The translations under genes and the position numbers were made by a program. 64,000 nucleotides of DNA, from positions 3,461 through 67,460 of the forward strand of contig JBPOIA010000002.1 of assembly GCA_052034975.1 (NCBI GenBank), read 5' to 3'. Source of the stretch: Candidatus Moraniibacteriota bacterium. Lineage in GTDB: Bacteria > Patescibacteriota > Minisyncoccia > Moranbacterales > UBA1568. Shown piece after piece: positions 50,635 through 58,440 of the stretch. The notes below the pieces were generated by a model. The model had not been told where the DNA came from. It worked only from the letters and a program-made list of their open reading frames with translations, and did no database searches. The number at the start of each line of letters is the position of its first letter. Position 1 is the stretch's first letter.

Positions 50635-52017
50635 TCAAACTTTTGCAGATCGCTCCTCTAATTCTTTTATTCTTTTCTTCAGCTTTATCATTTCCAATTC
50701 CCGATTGACCGCTATCGTATTGAACGATTCCAGTTCTTCGTTTTTCAAACGCAGAGATTCTTCCATTTTCTTTCTTTGCTCCACCTCGGCCTGCAATGCG
50801 GCCGTCCTCTCCGATACGACTTTCTCCAGCTGTTCCTGATCGATGACCGACTGAGCGAGTTTGAGCGCGTGAAATCTGTTCCGAACAAAAAGCGCCACAA
50901 CCAACGCAATGAGAAGGATAAATACCGCCACACCGATCCACACGTATTCACGATACTTCACATAAAAACTTTCCGGCTGATTTATGATGATACTCCCGGG
51001 TGGAACATTCGCCCTATCGCTCTTATGAGCGATCAATTCCCGATAATCAAAAGCGTAGACGTTCGGACTCTGCAATACTATCGGGATATCCTCTATGTTC
51101 TCTCCACCAAGCACCCGCACGGCGATATCCGCCATCGCGCCACCCTGGGCCTTGCCCGACGTCAGCTTGCCACCGACGATACCATCTCCCAAATTGAAAT
51201 CCCATGTTCCATAAATAGGAACATCCGTTTCGGCACGAATTTCTTTCAAAAGTTCGCTGTAACTATAATACCTTCCCGTCTTGTCCGAAGCATTGAAAAT
51301 CGTCACATAAATCAGACTGTTTTCCGGCATCTGCCTGACAGCGTCCACAATCTCATCGCCGGACAAACTGCCGTCATACACGGTAACAGCATAGTCTCTC
51401 TCATATTTCGGTACGAGCCTGTCTATATAATCACCGACGATCTTTCCCGTCGTGGTGCTGTCACGAATGAAAAAGATATTTCTGACACCCGGTTGGAGTT
51501 TGAGAGCGATATCGACACTCGCTTCGATGTCGCTGTCCTCATTGATACCACTTATGAGTTTCTGATCTTTGATTCTCTCCAGACGATTCTGTATGAAATT
51601 CGTCCCGCAAAAAACCACGGGAACATCTGGAAAAAGCTCATCTCGGTGCGTCAACGTGAAATTGAACGCGTCGTCATCCGAGGTAAGCACGATATCGTAT
51701 TTGAATTTTCCGAACTTATACTTGAATTGTTCGAAAAGAAGCTGTCGCGATGTCTCATCATTCACCCGCTTGGTATCCATATTCTCCACTTGGAGATCGT
51801 ACGCGATACCGCTCGCATCAAGTTTCTCCTTTACCGCCTGCGTTATCTGTGCGGTCCATTTGTAACTCTGATCGTAAGAATTGATAAGAAGCACGCGCTT
51901 GACCGGACTATTTCCAGCTTGCGCGATAATTGTATCAAAAAGAAAAACTGAAAAAACTAACAAAACAACCGACACTATACCAAAAAAAGATTTTTTGTTT
52001 GTTGCTGATATACCCAT
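50635..52017 (-). CDS. Membrane protein with periplasmic ABC-type substrate-binding (sensor-like) domain and cytoplasmic coiled coil, no output domain
   Basis: TM, then about 330 aa PBP-like domain (KRVLLINSYDQSYKWTAQITQAVK...), then TM and about 90 aa coiled coil; no HisKA/HATPase/GGDEF. Start at ATG 52017 (the track's 52041 is TTG). Lower GC than the core genome. Confidence 0.55.
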   Translation of the reverse strand: MGISATNKKSFFGIVSVVLLVFSVFLFDTIIAQAGNSPVKRVLLINSYDQSYKWTAQITQAVKEKLDASGIAYDLQVENMDTKRVNDETSRQLLFEQFKYKFGKFKYDIVLTSDDDAFNFTLTHRDELFPDVPVVFCGTNFIQNRLERIKDQKLISGINEDSDIEASVDIALKLQPGVRNIFFIRDSTTTGKIVGDYIDRLVPKYERDYAVTVYDGSLSGDEIVDAVRQMPENSLIYVTIFNASDKTGRYYSYSELLKEIRAETDVPIYGTWDFNLGDGIVGGKLTSGKAQGGAMADIAVRVLGGENIEDIPIVLQSPNVYAFDYRELIAHKSDRANVPPGSIIINQPESFYVKYREYVWIGVAVFILLIALVVALFVRNRFHALKLAQSVIDQEQLEKVVSERTAALQAEVEQRKKMEESLRLKNEELESFNTIAVNRELEMIKLKKRIKELEERSAKV

Positions 52018-52237
52018 AATCACTTTATAAGTATACACCAAAAATATCAGAAGTTTCTATTCTACTTTACAGCAAGAATATCACCATCTGCTTTCATTCT
52101 CAATTTCACTGAATGTAAAACCTGGTAGCAACAGCGGAACTCTCTTGACTTGACGGATGAAAAGAATGATTTTAAGTTTTTCTTCGGCAGAAAATTCTTA
52201 AAAATTTACTGAAATTTATATTGATCAATAAGCCAAA

Positions 52238-52825
52238 CTAGTTCGATACGGAGTCAAGTATACTCCTAATTTGCGCTAACTCATCATCAGATAGTGCGTC
52301 ATTAGAAGTCACCAACATTTTTATAGAACTGTCACCAGAATATACTCCTACTATTTCAGTAGTACCTATTTTTGGCTGTATCATTTTTTTCATATCTTTA
52401 AATTTACTGCTCAGACTCACGTCAGTAGTGGTGCACCCAGGAATCACGCTACAGCTTGACATACCTTGGCTCTTTCCGATAGACACGTTTAATGTATTAT
52501 TATCGGTATAGAGCGTGAAGTCCGAACCAGCCTTCCGACACTGCCAACCTTTTGGGATACTTGCACTCACTCCGCCCGCCGAACAGTCGTCGGTTACATC
52601 AACAACTTTATTTACATCTTCTAGACTCTTTTTTACTTTGTCGGGAAGCTTTGACTCATCTAAATCCTGATTGCCAACCAAATCCTGAATGGTATCGTCG
52701 TCTTGTTCTTCTGTTATGGTGCGATCACGACCGTTCAATAAAAAAATACCGCCGATAACCACTGCTCCAGCAAGTACCAATATAATCAATAGATTGGAAA
52801 ATCCTCGCTCTTTTTGATTCATCAT
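52238..52825 (-). CDS. Secreted or membrane-anchored hypothetical protein with five Cys (island gene)
   Basis: N-terminal hydrophobic anchor NLLIILVLAGAVVIGGIFLL; acidic linker; Cys-containing C-terminal domain; AT-rich codon usage. Confidence 0.5.
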   Translation of the reverse strand: MMNQKERGFSNLLIILVLAGAVVIGGIFLLNGRDRTITEEQDDDTIQDLVGNQDLDESKLPDKVKKSLEDVNKVVDVTDDCSAGGVSASIPKGWQCRKAGSDFTLYTDNNTLNVSIGKSQGMSSCSVIPGCTTTDVSLSSKFKDMKKMIQPKIGTTEIVGVYSGDSSIKMLVTSNDALSDDELAQIRSILDSVSN

Positions 52826-53178
52826 ATGTAATTTTTTATTCGTTTAATTAATAATTAATCTCCAAAGTTTTTTAGTAGAGCGTATAATACTTTACATTAA
52901 GTGATATCAAGGCTTTGCTGTAAGATTATAATAACGAATTTTTTAATTTTTTTCAAGAAAAGGCCACTTCTAGCCTTCATAAAGTTCGGGCCGATCTAGA
53001 GCGTGGACCAGTCATCCGGAAGATGTTTGAACGAGTCGCGTACGAACGCTGGAGCGGCCGAAAAGCTTACCACTGGCTCAAATTCGACATCAACTTCAAA
53101 TCCAAAGGAAACACAAGAGCTCTCGATCAATTCCTCACGCCATACCTCATCAGAATCTCCTATATGACATTCGTAATG

Positions 53179-53592
53179 TCATTTCTTAAAAATATTTTTA
53201 CGATGATAATTAAGATATGTTCTTCTCTTATCGCTTGGTGGAATATTGTACTTTCTTCCTTTTACAAGGTTTAGTTTTTTAAGATTCAGCGGCGATATAT
53301 AAGGCGAAAGCAAAAGAATACCGTCATCCTCAAACGAAATGAAGCCCTGATCAAAAAGGCGATCGTATGTCGGCGTGAGAGCTAATCCGTTATTATGATC
53401 TATTTTCTCCACTTCATCCGATACGCTCCATGGTTTTATATGGCTTGCAATCAAAATTCGCTCATCATTTACTCTTGTGATAATACATTCAGAAGATTCC
53501 TCAAGAAGTTTCAAACGATATGCACCTTGTCCAATACGAGCATTGACGAGTTGCTCCTTTTCTCGCGCCAGCAACCTCTTTTGTTCAATCAC
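53179..53592 (-). CDS. HNH endonuclease-domain protein, likely a truncated paralog of the 54046-54816 gene
   Basis: ILIASHIKPWSVSDE...NGLALTPTYDRLFDQGFISF aligns with the C-terminal half of the neighbouring 256-aa protein (LLIASHIVPWSKDEK...NGLCLNSFHDRAFDKGLITI); the N-terminal domain is missing. Confidence 0.5.
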   Translation of the reverse strand: MIEQKRLLAREKEQLVNARIGQGAYRLKLLEESSECIITRVNDERILIASHIKPWSVSDEVEKIDHNNGLALTPTYDRLFDQGFISFEDDGILLLSPYISPLNLKKLNLVKGRKYNIPPSDKRRTYLNYHRKNIFKK

Positions 53593-53837
53593 TTCTTTAA
53601 CCTGACGCTCTTTTGCGGGATATAGTACGGATTGAAAGAGTAACTCAATGACGGACGGAAAAGGAAGAAAAAATTGCCAGTCGCATCTTTTAATTTCAAA
53701 ATGGAAACATAAGAAATGACGGGAAGCATAATACTCCGAAAATACTCTCGGAAAATATCATCGTATGAGCGAACATAATAGCGAGATGTACCTTGTTCGC
53801 CGACAGCACTTTCTAGTATAAAAAATCTCTAGCTAAT

Positions 53838-54041
53838 CTAAATTTTCTGTTTCAAAAAATTGGCTATGAATTCATCTATATCATTTTCCGGAGTTTGTCT
53901 ATTAGTTTCAAGAAATTCCAAGGTCGCATCGACAATCTTATGTCTATGCTCTGCTCTTGATATGTTTGAATTCTCGTTGGTCTGCAGAGCAAATTCAACT
54001 GCACATTCTATCGTCTTGTATAATTTTTCGTCAATAATCAT
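53838..54041 (-). CDS. Possible 67-aa helical protein directly downstream of the HNH gene
   Basis: ATG 4 nt after the HNH stop; no SD; AT-rich island context. Confidence 0.25.
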   Translation of the reverse strand: MIIDEKLYKTIECAVEFALQTNENSNISRAEHRHKIVDATLEFLETNRQTPENDIDEFIANFLKQKI

Positions 54042-54045
54042 ATCT

Positions 54046-54816
54046 TTATTTTACAAAAATTTCTTGGTTGTGAAAAGTAAGGAAATCTTTATTTGGCAAA
54101 AACCTTTTAGGTAATTCTATTTGTTTTCCCTCAAAATCATAGAAAAACTTTTGAATGTTCGTTTCTTTTCGAAAAATGGCTACTGATTTTGAAACCTTGA
54201 TTTTGTAATCGTTATCAATCGTTATAAGTCCCTTATCAAATGCTCTGTCGTGAAAAGAATTAAGACACAACCCATTTTCAGGATTGAGCCGATTTTTTTC
54301 ATCTTTTGACCACGGAACAATATGGCTTGCAATTAGTAGATCGGTTAGTGAAATTCCGGTAATACAACATTTATTGTCATACGAAGCGAGTACAGAACTG
54401 CGAAAAAACGATTGATTGACTCTGATTTTTACAATAGCCTCTCTCGTTTTCCCTTCCCTTAATAAATTTTTTTCAATTTCTTTCTCATCGCCCAGCTCGA
54501 TTTTTTGATTTAGGAATTTTGCAAGAAGTATTTCGCTTTCGTATGCGAGTGTATCCCAGTCGTGATAGAACTCGTCAAAGACCGCCTTATCCAATTTTCC
54601 TGCGTTGGTTGCTCCTTTTATGTTTCTTGCTTTAAGTGTCGGATCAAAACTTGCAAAATTCACCAATTTCCACGCAACAGCTGATGGCGTTCTTCCGATT
54701 GCTTTCGCAAGTTTTATAATTTGTTCATTGCGATAATTGATTTTTCCAAATGGGATTTTACAATAAAGATTAAAAGCAATAATCAATTCCTCGCGTTTCC
54801 AGTTTTTTCGTTCCAT
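54046..54816 (-). CDS. HNH-family endonuclease (HNH_2-like), candidate restriction-type nuclease
   Basis: C-terminal ...CCITGISLTDLLIASHIVPWSKDEKNRLNPENGLCLNSFHDRAF HNH core; N-terminal domain of about 120 aa of unknown function. Confidence 0.65.
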   Translation of the reverse strand: MERKNWKREELIIAFNLYCKIPFGKINYRNEQIIKLAKAIGRTPSAVAWKLVNFASFDPTLKARNIKGATNAGKLDKAVFDEFYHDWDTLAYESEILLAKFLNQKIELGDEKEIEKNLLREGKTREAIVKIRVNQSFFRSSVLASYDNKCCITGISLTDLLIASHIVPWSKDEKNRLNPENGLCLNSFHDRAFDKGLITIDNDYKIKVSKSVAIFRKETNIQKFFYDFEGKQIELPKRFLPNKDFLTFHNQEIFVK

Positions 54817-54819
54817 AAA

Positions 54820-55272
54820 TTAAATATTCAAAACTTGCGGATAAAAAATATAGCCAAGTTCTTTGAACGTATTTTGGATAACCTCCCACGTTTTTCCGCT
54901 GTCATGACTCAAAAGACCTTTCACATTTTCAAAAATGAAAGCTTTTGGTTTGATTTCACTAACAAGGCGCGCAAATTCGTAAAATAAAGTACCACGAGCG
55001 TCTTTAAAACCACGTCTTTTTCCAACCATTGAGAACGATTGACATGGCGTTCCGCCAACAAGCAAATCAACTTTTCCTTTAAATTTTTTCCCGTCTATAT
55101 CTTGAACAAGATCGAACCATCGTGATTCATCGATATTATAATTTGCAAAAAAACTTTTCTTAACATAAGAATCATTATCACATGCAAAAACAAGTTTATG
55201 CTTAACACGCATACGTTTTAACGCATGTTCAATCGCGCCTATTCCACTAAATGCCGTCGCTAATCTTAACAT
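54820..55272 (-). pseudogene. Truncated C5-cytosine DNA methyltransferase (motifs I, IV, VI only); ends in the middle of motif VIII
   Basis: FSGIG (motif I), GGTPCQSFS (motif IV), ENVKGL (motif VI), ...GYIFYPQVLNI-stop; lacks QxRxR, the TRD, and motifs IX and X; only TAA-TTT separates it in-frame from the HNH ORF. Confidence 0.65.
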
Positions 55273-55396
55273 AAGTAAATCCTAGCGACTTAATTTTAGC
55301 AACTCCAAAAATCTTTTACTAGACCATCCATTTAGGATGAATTTCTGTAACACAAAATACCGAGGCAACCTCTTACGATTTCGCAAAAAGTGCAAT

Positions 55397-55487
55397 TTGC
55401 GGGAAGGGAGGGATTCGAACCCTCGAGGGGTTTTACCCCCTGCCACGTTAGCAGTGTGGTGGTTTAAGCCATCTCACCCACCTTCCC
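55397..55487 (-). tRNA. Type II (long variable arm) tRNA-like gene, isotype unresolved, possibly degenerate
   Basis: 7/7 acceptor pairing GGGAAGG/CCTTCCC, T-arm GAGGG-TTCGAAT-CCCTC, variable stem GGGG-TAAAA-CCCC, GG-containing D-loop. The anticodon region CTGC-TAACGTG-GCAG does not give a canonical U33 loop; no CCA encoded. Confidence 0.45.
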
Positions 55488-55500
55488 AAATTTGATTTAT

Positions 55501-56511
55501 TTAAGCTATTTTATATCTTTTCAAATGTTTCGGATTGTTTGTTCCAACCAACCGAAAATATCTTTCCACATCTTTTTTGGCTTCAATTCTGACATCCCGT
55601 CCACTTTTCATTATCCGATGCTCTATTTTCAAGTCAGACAACATATTGCTCACAGATTTCAAAAGCGGACAAGAGTGATTTTTAAAGCCTACTTTCTTAT
55701 AAAGATATCTCTTTCTCTTTGAGAAGTACCGGTGAATTATAACACAGCCATCAGTATCAATCAAGCCACGAACACAGGCGATGGAATACTTTTTGTCTTT
55801 TTTGATCCACCTCGGAATATCGACTTGTTGCCTCACTTTATTTCCTCGTTTTAAACCAATTTTCTGAGTAAGATACGAAATAAGGCCTGTTCTCGAAATT
55901 ACTATCCGACAAGCAATGGACCCGTTGTGAAAATAGGTTCCCGTAGGAATCTCAAAAAGATTCTCAACGAGTTTCTGAACAAACTTCAAATACTCACCAT
56001 CATCGATACTATTTAATGTAACCGTAATCTGATAATTGCTTATCCCACCGTCTCCAAGCACGATACCAACAAATTCGGCCAATGCTTCTGAAAACTCCGG
56101 TTTCCGAAATGGCAACGGTCGAGTAATTTTTGATGGATTCCATTTTCCTTCATTTTTCCACCATTCGCGCCATTTTTTCTTCCGATATTCTTCGTTGCCG
56201 CCAACCTTGCCATATTTGGCAACTATTGCTCTGCCGCCCGCTTTCGCTCCTTTATCTGTATACCAATACGCTTCCTTAATTTCGATATTTTTTGGAATCC
56301 CGCACTTCCTTTGTTTACAAATATTTTCAACAGCCGTAAGAGACATGGAGTTCCTTTCATTTTTCCATTCAGTCAACGTACGCCGACTTATCTTGGCGAT
56401 ATCGGCCAAACTTTCCCAAGAAACACACAAATCTTCCTTTGTCCGTAAAAGAAACTTTTTTTGCTTCCCTTTCGGAAAACAAACTCGTTTTGAATTTAAC
56501 AGTTCAGCCAT
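55501..56511 (-). CDS. Free-standing double-motif LAGLIDADG homing endonuclease with N-terminal HTH-like region
   Basis: LAEFVGIVLGDGGIS (motif 1) and IACVRGLIDTDGCVI (motif 2), about 100 aa apart; 336 aa; ends 14 nt from the tRNA-like gene. Confidence 0.8.
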   Translation of the reverse strand: MAELLNSKRVCFPKGKQKKFLLRTKEDLCVSWESLADIAKISRRTLTEWKNERNSMSLTAVENICKQRKCGIPKNIEIKEAYWYTDKGAKAGGRAIVAKYGKVGGNEEYRKKKWREWWKNEGKWNPSKITRPLPFRKPEFSEALAEFVGIVLGDGGISNYQITVTLNSIDDGEYLKFVQKLVENLFEIPTGTYFHNGSIACRIVISRTGLISYLTQKIGLKRGNKVRQQVDIPRWIKKDKKYSIACVRGLIDTDGCVIIHRYFSKRKRYLYKKVGFKNHSCPLLKSVSNMLSDLKIEHRIMKSGRDVRIEAKKDVERYFRLVGTNNPKHLKRYKIA

Positions 56512-56590
56512 ATCTCTATTCTAATACAAGATAGAGAAATAGCAACGCCAAAAAAACCAAACCGGGCCTGCTGAAGCTCGGCAAATATTC

Positions 56591-56965
56591 CTACAACGCC
56601 GAGTCCATCGGATTGTTCCTTCCTGCGGCTCGGCCGTATCCGACGTACAGGAACGTGACCGCGATCACGAGGTGCAGGATATCGTCCGCCATATTGGACG
56701 CGAACAGCCCGAGGATCATATCTCCTGGCACGAGAAATCCGAGGATCACTATGAGACCGTACGCCACACCAAACATCCGGGCGTATGTCCGCATCTGTTC
56801 CCTGCCTTTACCGACGGCGATAAACGCCAGCACACCGGAGAGGATATGGATAGTATTATGCAGCGGATCGACGGCAAAAATGCCAAGAAGCGGATCGTTG
56901 AAGAATCCCAAAAATCCGATCGCGAGAAACACGACACCCAGGATGGTCAATATCGTCTTGTCCAT
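56591..56965 (-). CDS. Small 4-TM membrane protein (DUF4383-like)
   Basis: ILGVVFLAIGFLGFFNDPLLGIFAVDPLHNTIHILSGVLAF pattern; first high-GC gene after the island. Confidence 0.45.
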   Translation of the reverse strand: MDKTILTILGVVFLAIGFLGFFNDPLLGIFAVDPLHNTIHILSGVLAFIAVGKGREQMRTYARMFGVAYGLIVILGFLVPGDMILGLFASNMADDILHLVIAVTFLYVGYGRAAGRNNPMDSAL

Positions 56966-57119
56966 ATGCGTATCTCAAATGAATAATACTGGGTTCCGAG
57001 CAGGCGCGTCGACCGTCGCCCCACCCTTTCAGAAGATATATCCAGTATACACCGGGCAAACGGCGCATTCCCCTTTTTGTCAACAAAAAAACAGCCCGGT
57101 TTCCCAGGCTGTTTCTCGT

Positions 57120-57434
57120 TTACCAGCGGTTTCCGCCCTCTTGGGAGCGATACCCGCCATTGCCTCCGGTACGCGGCGGACGCTCTTCGAGCGGGCGCGC
57201 CTCGTTCACCGTGAGGGTCCGTCCTTCGAGTTCCTTGCCATTCCACATCTCGATAGCCTTCTTGGCATCATCATCCGTGGCCATCTCGACAAAACTGAAA
57301 CCGCGGGAGCGGCCGGTCATTTTGTCGATGATGATCTTGGCAGAAACGACGTTACCAGCCTGGGCGAACGCATCGCGCAGACTGTCTTCGGTCGTTCCAT
57401 AGGAAACGCCGCCGACGTACAGCTTTGTTGCCAT
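57120..57434 (-). CDS. RRM-type RNA-binding protein with Gly/Arg-rich tail
   Basis: RNP2 KLYVGGVSY and RNP1 RSRGFSFVEM; start at the internal ATG (57434), since the long ORF runs across the upstream tRNA genes. Confidence 0.85.
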   Translation of the reverse strand: MATKLYVGGVSYGTTEDSLRDAFAQAGNVVSAKIIIDKMTGRSRGFSFVEMATDDDAKKAIEMWNGKELEGRTLTVNEARPLEERPPRTGGNGGYRSQEGGNRW

Positions 57435-57613
57435 AATAGATCTACTCACTTGATTACCGTGTAAGGCGACCTTCTCCTTGCTGGCCCTACTTGACTGATA
57501 CGGGTTTGGCAACACCGCAGCTGCGTCAGCGAAACTCCAGAGAGAAAAACTTACAACACCCGCACCATAGCACGGCTGGGACGAAAAAGCAAGCAGGAAA
57601 TACCGAAAAATGC

Positions 57614-57689
57614 TGGTGCGCCCGGTAGGAATCGGACCTACGGCCTTTGGGACCGGAACCCAACGCTCTATCCACTGAGCTACGGACGC
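57614..57689 (-). tRNA. tRNA-Arg (anticodon CCG)
   Basis: GCGTCCG-TA-GCTC-AGTGGATA-GAGC-G-TTGGG-TTCCGGT-CCCAA-AGGCC-GTAGG-TCCGATT-CCTAC-CGGGCGC-A-CCA. Confidence 0.85.
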
Positions 57690-57725
57690 GAATAAAATTG
57701 GGAGTTGCCGCTGCGCGAGACGGAA

Positions 57726-57798
57726 TTTTACGTAGTGCGCTCGGCAGGAATCGAACCTGCGACCCTCAGGACCGCAACCTGATGCTCTATCCACTGAG
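57726..57798 (-). tRNA. tRNA-Arg (anticodon GCG); CCA not encoded
   Basis: GCGCTCG-TA-GCTC-AGTGGATA-GAGC-A-TCAGG-TTGCGGT-CCTGA-GGGTC-GCAGG-TTCGATT-CCTGC-CGAGCGC-A. Confidence 0.8.
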
Positions 57799-57854
57799 CT
57801 ACGAGCGCGACGATGAAAAACAAAAGCTTTCCGAATACCGGTAGGAAAGCGTAA

Positions 57855-58340
57855 TTAAATATGCAGCAATCTTTCCAATGTGTCAACCAGCCCGGGTTCG
57901 TGCGTGTCTTCCGGAATGAATTCGTCGAGCGTCTCCCGAAGCACACCCATATCGATCGTCAGGATCGGAATATGGACATACGGCACAAGTTTGCCATTCG
58001 TTTTCAGACTAAGCAGGTTCTGAAACGGCGGCTCAGTGTAAAAATGGAACGACTCTATGCCATCGAACGTGTAAAAATCCTTGCCGGCGATGATGCCTTT
58101 GGTCGTAACGACGAATAAAAGTGTCTCTGGCGGCCGATGGAGCGACAGATACCCCACCACTCCGATCAGAATGAACACGATCGCCATCAAAGGACTGTTC
58201 GTATAGAGCGCGTACGCGATGATGACAATAAGGAGTGTGGTCACCACGATGCGCGACCGCGGCCCAAGCTCGAGCGGTTCGTGTTCGGGCGCCTCCCATT
58301 CAAGGAGCGCTTCACCATATCCCGAATACATCCCTGGCAT
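57855..58340 (-). CDS. Membrane protein with two TM and a C-terminal bacterial PH-like (YdbS/DUF304-type) domain
   Basis: Short N-terminus, TM hairpin (VVTTLLIVIIAYALY...MAIVFILIGVVGYL), then an 80-aa beta-rich domain; topology-based call. Confidence 0.45.
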   Translation of the reverse strand: MPGMYSGYGEALLEWEAPEHEPLELGPRSRIVVTTLLIVIIAYALYTNSPLMAIVFILIGVVGYLSLHRPPETLLFVVTTKGIIAGKDFYTFDGIESFHFYTEPPFQNLLSLKTNGKLVPYVHIPILTIDMGVLRETLDEFIPEDTHEPGLVDTLERLLHI

Positions 58341-58440
58341 ACGATTCCTGATTACCGAAAAGACTTTCCCACTATACCATACCCGCCGCGAACCGGCGAA
58401 GGTTGCCTCCGAAACGAAGTATTGTTACAGTTAATTCCAC

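Noticed and set aside
50776-51951. 391-aa plus-strand ORF
   Set aside because: Antisense to the PBP-domain sensor-like gene; no start context.
52801-52826. Apparent one-base mismatch between the printed sequence and the ORF-track translation near 52.8 kb (a similar mismatch near 11.8 kb)
   Set aside because: Most likely my character counting of the printed lines; treated as a coordinate uncertainty of plus or minus 1 nt rather than a real frameshift.
55397-56511. Group I intron inside a tRNA (cyanobacterial tRNA-Leu style) hosting the LAGLIDADG gene
   Set aside because: Both acceptor strands, D-, T- and variable arms of the tRNA-like gene are contiguous within 91 nt, so the endonuclease gene is not inserted in it. 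The hypothesis is kept only as a possible remnant scenario.
57120-57794. Full 224-aa ORF as listed
   Set aside because: Its N-terminal 120 codons run through two tRNA-Arg genes on the same strand; the real gene is the 104-aa RRM protein from the internal ATG.
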